DNA from: Myxococcota bacterium
GTDB taxonomy: Bacteria; Myxococcota_A; Polyangia; HGW-17
NCBI GenBank assembly: GCA_018821305.1
Contig: JAHJMN010000021.1
Span: forward strand, 17,451 to 81,450
Direction of reading: 5' to 3'
DNA: 64,000 nucleotides
In this document: positions 46,140-55,783 of the stretch, piece after piece
Position numbering within the stretch: the stretch's first letter is position 1
Layout of the letters: the number at the start of each line of letters is the position of its first letter
Notes under the pieces: model-generated
Told to the model about the DNA's origin: nothing
Databases searched by the model: none
The model's input: only the letters and a program-made list of their open reading frames with translations
Translations under genes and position numbers: made by a program

Positions 46140-49100
46140 TCAGGCCATAAAATCCAGTAGGTTATTCTTTGCACTCTTCGTGCCAGTAGCTTTCCTGTTT
46201 GACTCCGCCTCTGTATTTTTACTGTTATTACTATCAGTTATGTCAATTTCATAAGTTTCATCATCACTGGTTGATGTCCGGTGATGTCTCTCAGAAGAAC
46301 TACCAAACTCAAAAGATAACAGGTTATGTCCTTGATTTTTTAACATCTTTTCAATATTAAGAGCATCGTTTTTAATCTGTTCGATTAAATTGGTATCCTT
46401 ACCGTCAATGTATATACGGATCCCATCATTTTCCTCGCGAACTCTGATTTCGGTCCCTTTATAGGTAACACGAATTTCTTTGCCATCTTCAGCACTTACA
46501 GCCTTTTCCATTATTTTTTCAATAACTTTTTCCGGTGCATCAGTCTTCTCAGGCGCCAAGGGAGGCTGGGCTTCTTTTATTTCCGGTGCAAATTTGAATT
46601 CCACCTTCTCATTATTAACTACAGTGACGATATCTTTATCTATTTTTGACTTCCCTTTTTGATAAGTAGTTGTATTTTCTGGTTTTATAGTGTTATTTTC
46701 AACATTATTGAGTCTCTCAGGGTTATCAAGAACATCAATATCTGTCAAACCGGACGAAAAAGACTCATAAGAAGGTGTCAAAATTTCCTTTTCTGAAACC
46801 GGGATTTTGACGTTTTTTGTTTGCAATTCAGGATTTCTAACAGGTGCAGATCTATCATCATAAGATCCAAAGGTTTTCCCTGTCGATTTTTCACCTTGAG
46901 TACTTGAAAATTTCGCTTCAATCTCTATTTCCTTTTCCATATCAAGAGTTTCTACTCGCTCAATCGTAGTATTATCTGCTGTCTTGAAATCATTATTCTT
47001 TTTGTTTTCAGTTTCCGCCATTATGGTAGTTTTTGTTTCGGTTTTCTGGTTGGCATCCGGTGTATTTCTATTATCCACCGCAACTTCGCTGCCTTTAATT
47101 GCTCTTGTATTTGCTTTGATATCAGTTTCAATCGGCGTCCTGACACCGTCATCAAAATCCTGGATTAACATTTCATCTATATAATCGTTACGTTTTCCAC
47201 TTGTTTCAAAAGACAGGTTTTCTATATGTTCATCTGAACCTGCCATCGTGGGATTGCTTACTGCTGTTTTCAGTCCGAAAAAGTCTTTTTGTACAGTAGC
47301 GGGCAATTCCTCAGAAGCAGCAACAGCATAATTTTGGGCTTCAGACATGGGATTACTTTTTTGAGTTACATCTGGAATGGAATCTAAACGCACCTGAGTT
47401 TCTGCTTTTTCCTTTTCCGTGGAAACATCAGTATCCTGGAAATTAACTACAGAATCATCGTTAACCTCTGGATTATAAAGCGAACTGGATTTCCCTTCTT
47501 TCGGCACTTCAGGTGATTCCTGGACTCTTGCGTATTCGGATCCTTGACTCGATTCAACTTTTCCAATTATTTCGTCTTCCACTGCCACTGCTGCATCTTC
47601 GTTTACAACATTTGTTTGTACTGCCGCTGTATTTGACTTATCAACTTCGTTGACAACTTCATTGTCCACTGCTGCTGGATTAAACTCTTCTACTTCACTG
47701 ACAACTTCATTGTCCACTGCTGCTGGATTAAACTCTTCTACTTCGTTGAGAACTTCATCGTCCACTGCTGCTGGATTAAACTCTTCAACTTCACTGACAA
47801 CTTCATCGTCCACTGCTGCTGAATTAAACTCTTCAACTTCACTGGCAACGTCAAATTCCAGAGGATATTCTTTACTTTCTATTTTTGAGTTAACCAGAAT
47901 CTCATCGAAAACTGTTTCTGTCATATCAGTAACATATGTATTTTCTTCGGGCTTTTGTTCTGAAACTGACTTATCCCTGACTACTTTTGCAGAAATTATC
48001 TCATCTGGCCCACTGACAACTTCCGATCCCTCAGAATATTCCATCCCTTTAATCCCTGATCCATCGAATTTTACTTGAAGCTCATCAAGACTTGCTTCCG
48101 TATCCTTAATAAATGATTTTTCTACGGGATTTGATTTTTGACTTAACTCATCTCCCACAACCTCCAGCCCACTTGATGATTGATTTAACTCATCGCCTTC
48201 ACCGACAACTTCAACTTTTGGTTCCACCTTTGCCGGAACTGACTCTTCTGGACCATGGCTAACTCCCGTTTCATCGGGAAAATCTGTTTCATTGAATCCA
48301 ATTTCGTCAAAATTTGATTGAAGTTCATCAAGACTTGCTTTCGTTTCCTTAACAAATGATTTTTCTACGGGATTTGATTTTTGACTTAACTCATCTACCA
48401 CAACCTCCAGCCCACTTGATGATTGATTTAACTCATCGCCTTCACCGACAACTTCAACTTTTGGTTCCACCTTTGCCGGAACTGACTCATCAGCCCCACT
48501 GATTATTTCCATTTCTTCTGGATAGTCCACACTCTTCATTACTTTTGCGTGAGAGTCTAAATCCCTGAGGAATTCTTTTCCTGAATCAACAGAGGATACG
48601 CTGACTTCTATCTCATTATTATTGAGATATTCCCTGTCGTGTGTTTCATTCATTTGATATTTTACAGGTTCTACAAAATCTGCATCGATCTCTCCATCCT
48701 CATTCTTACTGTCTGTAGTCTTTCCAACTTCCTCCTGAGAAACCATATAATTTTCAAACATGGGATCATCTTCTAAAAGCAGACTATTAAATTCACCTGT
48801 TTCCGTTGCGAATACTATTCGGCGCTTTTCTATTTTTCCAGTGTTATCATTTAAAGATTCAGTCAGAATACTATCCACTTCATCTTCTATTTCAATAAAC
48901 TGTCCTGTCTTATACTGTTTAGAAACGGATCCTGTTGATGTATTTATTTTATTCAGGAAATCTTTTTGTTCTTTATTTCTATTTGTTTTTTCATTTCCAC
49001 TGTTAATACTTGAAATTTCTTTTGTTTCATTCAGTTCTTCTTTTTCAGTTCCAGGCTCTAAAGCAATATCACTTCCTGCGATACTTCCGGACTTTTCCTT

Positions 49101-49949
49101 ACGCCCATCGTTTGATGGTAGAACAGTTAAAAATACTGGAAATTCCCCTGAATTACTTAATGGCAGGTCAACTTGATTATATTTTTCACTCGATTTTTTA
49201 TCTTTCAGCAAATCGTTTTTAACATCAACGAAATATACATCTGATTCATCTTCTCCATAGCTTTCAGAAATACTGAAACTTACCCCCTGCTCATCAACCA
49301 TTACCTTATCCGGCTTCTTACCTACATTAACAAAATTATCAAGTTGTGGAAATGCTTTTGATTGTACTTCACCCCGGAACATCGGCTTTTCCCCGGAAGA
49401 TTTTGGGAAAACACTTTCAGGGAATATTTTCTTAATCTTTTCTTTTCTCTTATCATTTTCAGTGTATTTTTTAATATCGTCCTCACTCAGGGTCAAGGCA
49501 GCACTTTTCTTTTCAACGCTTTGTTTGAAACTTGTGGATTCATCTCCTCCAAATCTAATGTGCCGTAAATCCGTCACCGCCCGGTCAAGGTTTTCTTCCT
49601 CCATTATATAATTCAGGAGAAGGAATTTTTCACCTGTTGTACTTTTTGTCCCTTTTTTACTATCATCTGTAGTCTCTGGACTATCAATCAGTTCTTTTTT
49701 CACATCACCGACTAATTTTGTTTTCGGAGGGGTTTCTTCCATCGGTTTGGTTTTCGGAGGGGTTATATCAACCGATTCTTTTTTTTCGAAAAATACTTCC
49801 ACATCATTCAGAATAGTACTGAAGTTGTCCTTCTGAAACATACTCAAACTGTATTTCTTCGGTTTCGGAGGCATTTCTTTATTGTTTTGAATCCCGTTAG
49901 TTTTCATGGCTTTACCGCTCTGAATTATAGGGTTTAAAAGGGGAAGCAT
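46140..49949 (-). CDS. fliK: Flagellar hook-length control protein FliK-like, unusually large (1269 aa), acidic, with internal tandem repeats. An alternative start lies at 49907.
   Basis: The C-terminal ~100 aa resemble the FliK C-terminal (Flg_hook) domain (…EIRVTYKGTEIRVREENDGIRIYIDGKDTNLIEQIKNDALNIEKMLKNQGHNLLSFEF…). The gene lies between flbB-like and flgD. Two ~80-aa tandem repeats and 5x EVEEFNPAAVDDEVV repeats are present. Confidence 0.65.
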   Translation of the reverse strand: MLPLLNPIIQSGKAMKTNGIQNNKEMPPKPKKYSLSMFQKDNFSTILNDVEVFFEKKESVDITPPKTKPMEETPPKTKLVGDVKKELIDSPETTDDSKKGTKSTTGEKFLLLNYIMEEENLDRAVTDLRHIRFGGDESTSFKQSVEKKSAALTLSEDDIKKYTENDKRKEKIKKIFPESVFPKSSGEKPMFRGEVQSKAFPQLDNFVNVGKKPDKVMVDEQGVSFSISESYGEDESDVYFVDVKNDLLKDKKSSEKYNQVDLPLSNSGEFPVFLTVLPSNDGRKEKSGSIAGSDIALEPGTEKEELNETKEISSINSGNEKTNRNKEQKDFLNKINTSTGSVSKQYKTGQFIEIEDEVDSILTESLNDNTGKIEKRRIVFATETGEFNSLLLEDDPMFENYMVSQEEVGKTTDSKNEDGEIDADFVEPVKYQMNETHDREYLNNNEIEVSVSSVDSGKEFLRDLDSHAKVMKSVDYPEEMEIISGADESVPAKVEPKVEVVGEGDELNQSSSGLEVVVDELSQKSNPVEKSFVKETKASLDELQSNFDEIGFNETDFPDETGVSHGPEESVPAKVEPKVEVVGEGDELNQSSSGLEVVGDELSQKSNPVEKSFIKDTEASLDELQVKFDGSGIKGMEYSEGSEVVSGPDEIISAKVVRDKSVSEQKPEENTYVTDMTETVFDEILVNSKIESKEYPLEFDVASEVEEFNSAAVDDEVVSEVEEFNPAAVDDEVLNEVEEFNPAAVDNEVVSEVEEFNPAAVDNEVVNEVDKSNTAAVQTNVVNEDAAVAVEDEIIGKVESSQGSEYARVQESPEVPKEGKSSSLYNPEVNDDSVVNFQDTDVSTEKEKAETQVRLDSIPDVTQKSNPMSEAQNYAVAASEELPATVQKDFFGLKTAVSNPTMAGSDEHIENLSFETSGKRNDYIDEMLIQDFDDGVRTPIETDIKANTRAIKGSEVAVDNRNTPDANQKTETKTTIMAETENKKNNDFKTADNTTIERVETLDMEKEIEIEAKFSSTQGEKSTGKTFGSYDDRSAPVRNPELQTKNVKIPVSEKEILTPSYESFSSGLTDIDVLDNPERLNNVENNTIKPENTTTYQKGKSKIDKDIVTVVNNEKVEFKFAPEIKEAQPPLAPEKTDAPEKVIEKIMEKAVSAEDGKEIRVTYKGTEIRVREENDGIRIYIDGKDTNLIEQIKNDALNIEKMLKNQGHNLLSFEFGSSSERHHRTSTSDDETYEIDITDSNNSKNTEAESNRKATGTKSAKNNLLDFMA

Positions 49950-50718
49950 CTGATTTATCTGTGTCCTTTTTCTTCTTTGCCAACTTTCGCTTCAGAGCGC
50001 GTCCCTTCCGGGATGCTTTTTCCTTTTTTTCTTCAGGTTTTTTGTCTACTGTTTTTTCAGATTTCTGAGTTGTTTGACGCAAACCACCTGAAGTGGTAAC
50101 ACCAATGATACCGGTTATAGCTGCAGCTTTTTCAGGGCCCATTTTCTGCAAAATTTTCGCCGCAACTTCACTTTCAAGAGCATAAATTATTCGTGCACCC
50201 TGCCAACTATCCATCCCTTCAATCATTTTCGCTGCGGCCTGTGGTTTCAAATTGCTTATAATTTCAGTGAGCTTTTTATCTTTCCTGGAAAGGAGAATCT
50301 CAGCATTGGATTTTTCCTGATTCTTTTCAGCAATTACATTTGCCACAGGCTTTGCTACGGGGGGCTTGACCTTGCTTTTTAACTCCATGTAGTTTATCAA
50401 ACTGATTATCTGTGATCTCTGGAGTGCGAGACTTTCCTCATAGGCGCGAAGTTCATCTTCCTTCGATTTAATTTCTTCAGTCTTTTTTGCAAGTTCCCCT
50501 TTCATTTTTATAAGCTTTTCACCAAGTCTTGCTATGGCATCATCATCAACCGGGGGACACTCCTTTAACTGATGATTATCATATTTTGGATAGGGTTCCT
50601 CCTGATCAGTTGGTGCCTTTACGGGAGGATTAACTGCAGAAGGGGCATTAAATCCGGGATAAATTACTGCAATCCCAAATGATAATAGTAAAAATGTTGC
50701 AATAAGGATGTATTTCAT
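49912..50718 (-). CDS. FlbB/YlxF-like flagellar protein with an MgtE_N-like C-terminal segment.
   Basis: A signal/TM segment is followed by a coiled coil. …KPQAAAKMIEGMDSWQGARIIYALESEVAAKILQKMGPEKAAAI resembles MgtE_N/FlbB. The gene lies between fliJ and fliK, as do ylxF in Bacillus and flbB in Borrelia. Confidence 0.55.
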   Translation of the reverse strand: MKYILIATFLLLSFGIAVIYPGFNAPSAVNPPVKAPTDQEEPYPKYDNHQLKECPPVDDDAIARLGEKLIKMKGELAKKTEEIKSKEDELRAYEESLALQRSQIISLINYMELKSKVKPPVAKPVANVIAEKNQEKSNAEILLSRKDKKLTEIISNLKPQAAAKMIEGMDSWQGARIIYALESEVAAKILQKMGPEKAAAITGIIGVTTSGGLRQTTQKSEKTVDKKPEEKKEKASRKGRALKRKLAKKKKDTDKSDASPFKPYNSER

Positions 50719-51140
50719 TTTTCATTCCTCCTGGATGAAAATATATCATCAACTTCTCTCTCCTGCTTTTTAGTTGCAGCCTTCTGGAGTTCCGTTGCTT
50801 TCTTTTCATGAATTTTCTTTAAACCGGACAATTCCTGATGGAGCATTGTCAACTTCTCCATTTGCCTTTTCTTAGACTCTTCAAGATTCTCCAGCACTTC
50901 GATCAACTTCTTTCGCTGGTTTTCAAGGCTCAATCGCCCGGCACTAATCATTTCCAGATCCATACTTGAAACCACAGAGTCCAGGTCGGGTTTCAGGTTT
51001 ACAAGTTTCTTTTCACAAGTATTTATTTTATTAAGACTCTCAGATATTTCAGTATTTATCCCCGCAAGTATGCTACTTTCACGATCTAAAAGACTACTTT
51101 TCAAGTCAATAATATTCTCAAAGCCAGTTTTTTCCTTCAT
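50715..51140 (-). CDS. fliJ: FliJ-like flagellar export chaperone (coiled coil).
   Basis: The protein is 141 aa, all coiled coil, and lies immediately downstream of fliI. Confidence 0.55.
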   Translation of the reverse strand: MKEKTGFENIIDLKSSLLDRESSILAGINTEISESLNKINTCEKKLVNLKPDLDSVVSSMDLEMISAGRLSLENQRKKLIEVLENLEESKKRQMEKLTMLHQELSGLKKIHEKKATELQKAATKKQEREVDDIFSSRRNEK

Positions 51141-51192
51141 ATTACATTTCTTTCAAGTTTTTTCAGTATCATATAGTTTATATTCAACATTA

Positions 51193-52518
51193 TCATGAGA
51201 ACTGTCCTTCCAGTTGCTCAAGTTTCTGGATTGTGTCCTCAAAGGACCATTTTTCAAAAACTTCCTGTCGAAAATATTCCTGGATGGAACTTCTCGCCTT
51301 TAGAGCAAGATCAAGCATTGGATCCGAACCGGGACTGTAAGCTCCGATGGAAACGAGATCCGCACTTTTATGATAAATACTGAGTAGGTGTCTTATTTGC
51401 CGAGCCGCCTTCAAATGCTTAGGTGTAGCAATATCATTCATTAGACGTGAAACCGAGCGGCCAACATCAACTGGTGGATACTGACCCTGTTGCGCCAGTT
51501 GTCGCGACAGAAGGATGTGGCCATCCAATATTGCAAGGGATGCATCCGCGATAGGGTCTGACATATCATCACCTTCTACTAATACTGTGTAAATTGCTGT
51601 AATACTTCCGCCGGAATGCAGAACTCCTGGCCTTTCAAGCAATCGTGGAAGGGCAGCAAACACTGATGGAGTATAACCCTTGGTTGTGGGAGGTTCCCCA
51701 GCCGCAAGGCCCATTTCTCGACCGGCCATTGCAAAGCGGGTCAAGCTGTCCATCATGAGAAGTACATTTTTTCCTTGAGCTCTGAATCCTTCAGCTATAG
51801 CAGTTGCAACAGCTGCACCACGAAGTCTCAATGGTGGCGCATCATCAGAAGATGAGACCACGATAACTGTTTTTTCCATCCCTTCAGGTCCAAGATGTCT
51901 TTCAAGGAACTCTCCAACTTCACGACCGCGCTCACCAATAAGCCCAATTACAAAAACATCCGCATCGGCATTTCTTACAATACTACCTAAAAGAGTGCTC
52001 TTCCCAACACCAGCACCAGCAAAAATTCCTATTCTCTGGCCGCGGCCTATGGTTAACATGGAGTCAATAACCTTAATTCCGAGAGATATTGGTTCCGTGA
52101 TGAGTTTTCTAGCAAGGGGAAGAGGTGGAGATGCCCACACAGGAAATGAATTCCCCGATGGAATGAGACTTTTTCCGTCAATTGGGTTGCCCATGGGACC
52201 AATGACGCGACCAAGAAGATAATCACCTACTTTTATTTCATTTCCACCATGGCTTTTACGAAGAATGCTGTTTTCACTAATCCCTCGTGTCTCACCCAAG
52301 GGCATAAGAAGCAATTTTCCTTCTTTAATTCCTACTACTTCCGCTTTTAAGATGCGTCCGGAGACAGTTTCAATATCGAATAAATCCCCTACACTTCCAT
52401 CATGACCACTGCCTTCTACCAGAATTCCTCTGATATTCCTGACTCTGCCTTCAAACCTTGGAGTCTGATCGACTTCAGAAATCTTTTCAAGGTATCGATT
52501 TATATTGAATTCAGACAT
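51193..52518 (-). CDS. fliI: Flagellum-specific ATP synthase FliI.
   Basis: The Walker A motif GIFAGAGVGKSTLLG is present, together with an F1-ATPase beta-like fold and full-length FliI similarity. Confidence 0.93.
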   Translation of the reverse strand: MSEFNINRYLEKISEVDQTPRFEGRVRNIRGILVEGSGHDGSVGDLFDIETVSGRILKAEVVGIKEGKLLLMPLGETRGISENSILRKSHGGNEIKVGDYLLGRVIGPMGNPIDGKSLIPSGNSFPVWASPPLPLARKLITEPISLGIKVIDSMLTIGRGQRIGIFAGAGVGKSTLLGSIVRNADADVFVIGLIGERGREVGEFLERHLGPEGMEKTVIVVSSSDDAPPLRLRGAAVATAIAEGFRAQGKNVLLMMDSLTRFAMAGREMGLAAGEPPTTKGYTPSVFAALPRLLERPGVLHSGGSITAIYTVLVEGDDMSDPIADASLAILDGHILLSRQLAQQGQYPPVDVGRSVSRLMNDIATPKHLKAARQIRHLLSIYHKSADLVSIGAYSPGSDPMLDLALKARSSIQEYFRQEVFEKWSFEDTIQKLEQLEGQFS

Positions 52519-53461
52519 TTTCGTTCTCCGACTCTAAGGACTTTTTTATCTGCTCAAATCGAGTATCCAGTGTATTATCAATACGACCCCCGGAGTACTC
52601 AAGGATGCAACCACCAAACATTATTTCTCCGGTGGCCTCAACTCGATATCCTCTGTATGAATTGAAATCATCAATAAAATGACTGTGACTTTTTTTTAAA
52701 TATTCATAATCATCTGGATTAAGTTTAAGAACGATTTTTTCTTCATCATCTATATATGAGAGGGCTTCTTTTATATACTTAAACACCATCTCTCTGTTAT
52801 CTGCCGCCGAATTACCAAGTACTTTAGAAACGATCATAAGACTTAAATCAGTAACTACATTCATATAATTTTCTTTTATTTCTCGAACTTTAGTTGTCAT
52901 ACGTTCAAGTCCGGAACCCAGGGAAGCGCGAATTTTTTCTATTTCAATCTCGTACCGGGCAATTCCTTCTTCCATGCCGACTCTATACCCTTCATCTTTT
53001 GCCCGATCCCACTGAACGCGAAGGTCTTCTTCTTTCTTCATTAACTCTTCCCAGAAAATCTCGTTTTCCTCTCTAAGTTTCCTTAGTCTCTGCTCTTCCT
53101 CCATAAGGTTGCGGCTCAAACTGACCTCTCTGGTCATTCGGCCCTCTTTTGATTTGTCCGGTTTAGCATCCGGTATTTCAAACTGTTCAATTACTTCGGG
53201 CAATTTTTCCTTCTGGGAAAGCTCTTTTTTCTCTAACTCATTCATGAGCATTTCATTGAGGCTTACGGATGGTATAACATCTTCAATAGGCCTGATTTCG
53301 ACGTCATGGACTTCGTGATTACCACCGCTTCGAAGCCACGCCGGGAGATCAACACGACCGGATTTCTCCACAGGTTGAAGAATGCTGTCCAGATCTCTTG
53401 ATTGGAGACCGGATGGCGTCCAGGTCCTGATTTCTTTAAAATGTCGTGTTGTATTGCTCAT
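52511..53461 (-). CDS. fliH: Flagellar assembly protein FliH.
   Basis: A Glu/Lys-rich coiled-coil centre is present. The FliH-type C-terminus is present (…GEIMFGGCILEYSGGRIDNTLDTRFEQIKKSL). The gene overlaps fliI by 8 nt. Confidence 0.7.
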   Translation of the reverse strand: MSNTTRHFKEIRTWTPSGLQSRDLDSILQPVEKSGRVDLPAWLRSGGNHEVHDVEIRPIEDVIPSVSLNEMLMNELEKKELSQKEKLPEVIEQFEIPDAKPDKSKEGRMTREVSLSRNLMEEEQRLRKLREENEIFWEELMKKEEDLRVQWDRAKDEGYRVGMEEGIARYEIEIEKIRASLGSGLERMTTKVREIKENYMNVVTDLSLMIVSKVLGNSAADNREMVFKYIKEALSYIDDEEKIVLKLNPDDYEYLKKSHSHFIDDFNSYRGYRVEATGEIMFGGCILEYSGGRIDNTLDTRFEQIKKSLESENENV

Positions 53462-53481
53462 ATATTGCTTTCCTTAACATG

Positions 53482-53672
53482 TCCATTCGTGTCTTTATTT
53501 TCAGGACATTAACTAGTCCGTGTCCTGAAAATCAATTTTTATCAAAATTGAGCATGTTTAGGAAAACATGCTATTCAGAACACTATAATAATTTCAAAGT
53601 CTTCATTCTTAATATCCTGGGTAAAAATTTGGTGCAAAATTTAAAAGATCGCATTACAGGACATTAACTATA
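53482..53672 (+). mobile_element. Family-1 MITE-like element, copy G (diverged), located between fliG and fliH.
   Basis: …TTCAGGACATTAACTAGTCCGTGTCCTGAAAATCAATTTTT…GCATTACAGGACATTAACTATA shares the terminal motifs with the other copies. The internal region has diverged. Confidence 0.6.
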
Positions 53673-54687
53673 CAAAATCTTCTCCCCCGTGACCCGCAAC
53701 CTGAATTTTGCCTTCTGCTTCAAGACGCATTGCAATTTCCACAATTTCCTGCTGGGCCTGTTCGACAACACTGAGTCGCTGAGGAGGTAGAATATCAAGA
53801 TCATCCATAATCATGGCAGCGGCACGTTTGGATAGAGCACCAAGGATCTTGTCCCTGAGCTCATCAGAAGAACCTTTGAGAGCCATAAGTAACTGATCAT
53901 TTGTAACTTCCTTAAGAAGAGTCTGGAATCCACGGCCATCAATTCCCGTGAGATCTTCAAATGTAAACATTGCCCTTCGAATGCGGCTGACTGCTTCTGG
54001 GTTATCTTCTTCCAGTTCTTTAAGGAGCTCATCACCAATTTCAAAATCAAGATGCTTAACAACTTCCGCTGTAAGAGAGATACCGTCCATATCAAGAGCA
54101 TCGATATCCCCAATACACTCAAGTTCCCGCCTGAGTACATGTTCAATGTCGTTCATCGCCTGTCTTGGAATTGATTCAAGCGTGGCCATACGTTTTAAAA
54201 TCCGGATCTGGGCTTCATGGGGGAATAATTCAAGCGTGGCCGCTGCCAAAGAGGCGTCCGTCTGAGCCAGGATTACTGCAACGGTTTGAGGACTCTCATC
54301 CAGTAATACGTTTGCTACTATATTTGGATCAAGGGATGACAATTTCTGGAGAGCGGTAAGAGGAGTACGGTTTTTCATGCCAAAGACATCCTCTATCACA
54401 TCCTCTCCTTTAACTTTGCCGACAATCTTTCGGAGGTATTCATCACCACCTCTTAAAGACATGATCTCCCCTCGAGCCAGTTTCTGGAAATCTTCATAGA
54501 CCAACTGGAAATGAGTTGGTCCAATTTCATCCATTTTTTGGATTTGATCACTTACTCGTCGGATTTCATGAGGATCCAGTCTCGCGAAAATCGGCATCGC
54601 CAATTCTTCGGGCAAGCTTAAAAGGAATATTGTCGCTTTTTCAATGTTATTGAGATTGAACTGTTCGGTTTTTGACGCTTCAGCCAT
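53668..54687 (-). CDS. fliG: Flagellar motor switch protein FliG.
   Basis: The protein shows full-length FliG similarity, including …RRAMFTFEDLTGIDGRGFQTLLKEV… (MFxFEDL motif). Confidence 0.9.
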   Translation of the reverse strand: MAEASKTEQFNLNNIEKATIFLLSLPEELAMPIFARLDPHEIRRVSDQIQKMDEIGPTHFQLVYEDFQKLARGEIMSLRGGDEYLRKIVGKVKGEDVIEDVFGMKNRTPLTALQKLSSLDPNIVANVLLDESPQTVAVILAQTDASLAAATLELFPHEAQIRILKRMATLESIPRQAMNDIEHVLRRELECIGDIDALDMDGISLTAEVVKHLDFEIGDELLKELEEDNPEAVSRIRRAMFTFEDLTGIDGRGFQTLLKEVTNDQLLMALKGSSDELRDKILGALSKRAAAMIMDDLDILPPQRLSVVEQAQQEIVEIAMRLEAEGKIQVAGHGGEDFV

Positions 54688-54979
54688 AGCATTAATCTCC
54701 CCGCCGGTATATTTGCAATGACTATGCCGTCCACTTTAATCCCACATGATTCGTCATGTACTGTGTTTCACTACATAAATTCAAGTACTTACGCAGGCCG
54801 CATTCATCTTCATAATTCCGAATTTACACTTTTGCCGTCGGTTTTATGGCACTTACTGCCAGAAATCCCGTTTTTCGGGGGGTATCCTTCTCAATAAAAA
54901 AACCTGAAAAATCACGTTTATGACAGAGACTTCTTGAATCTGGCAAAAATTACAATAAAATAGATCCGGAGATTCAATC

Positions 54980-55747
54980 ATGAAAACACTTCTCATAGTT
55001 TCAACTCTTTTCTCATTGTTCTTTTCTACTAACGCTTCTGCCCAGCAGCCATGTGGCACCATAGTTACAGGACATGGTCCTATAGGTGTGGCAGTTTCAG
55101 TTCCTTGCCCACCGCCGCCCCCGCGAGTTGTAATTGTAAGAAGGCGGCCAGTACGACGTTATATTGACCCGGCACCGGCACCAGCACCGGTGGCTCCCGT
55201 TGATGTCAGTGGACTTGACATTACTGATGTAAACCGCTGGACCGTAGGAATCATGTTTGATTCTACCAGTTCCGACAAGGGCGGACTTGCCGGCTCCATG
55301 GTTTTCGGTCGGTTTCTTTTCCTGGAAAACCTGAGTTTCGAACTGGGTTTTGCGGGGCTCACCTCCTGCACCAATTGCAACGAACTCGCTTCACGTAAGG
55401 ATTCCAGAGTTCATACCTCCGTCAACTGGTACTGGGATCGAATCAAGCACAGCGGCTTTAACCCCTTCCTTAAGGGTGGCTTTGTATTTTCCAATATTAC
55501 TATGTACAATGACGTAAATGGAAGTTCCGCAACTACATCAGTTACCGCAGTGGAACTTGGCGGTGGACTTGAATGGAGAATCATCCCCTGGCTCAGCCTT
55601 GAAATTCAGGCTACATTAATGACCAATAACAACGCCACAGATAAAACTGACGATTATGCCCCAATTAACGATGCCCATACAAAAGGTATCCCGCCAGTCG
55701 GGGCAAATGGTATCAATATCCGTTTTGGGCTTAATGTAAACTTCTAA
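54980..55747 (+). CDS. Outer-membrane beta-barrel protein.
   Basis: A signal peptide is present. Amphipathic beta-strands alternate along the sequence, and a C-terminal aromatic residue is present (…GLNVNF). A Pro/Ala-rich linker is present. GC content is above the window baseline. Confidence 0.55.
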   Translation: MKTLLIVSTLFSLFFSTNASAQQPCGTIVTGHGPIGVAVSVPCPPPPPRVVIVRRRPVRRYIDPAPAPAPVAPVDVSGLDITDVNRWTVGIMFDSTSSDKGGLAGSMVFGRFLFLENLSFELGFAGLTSCTNCNELASRKDSRVHTSVNWYWDRIKHSGFNPFLKGGFVFSNITMYNDVNGSSATTSVTAVELGGGLEWRIIPWLSLEIQATLMTNNNATDKTDDYAPINDAHTKGIPPVGANGINIRFGLNVNF

Positions 55748-55783
55748 TCACTTTTAAAACAATTTAAAACCGGGACTCAAAGG

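Noticed and set aside
54847-54860. TGGCAC…TGCC resembling a sigma-54 -24/-12 promoter upstream of the OMP gene.
   Set aside because: The GG-to-GC spacing is 10 rather than the required 12, and the -12 element is not TTGCW. This is probably chance.
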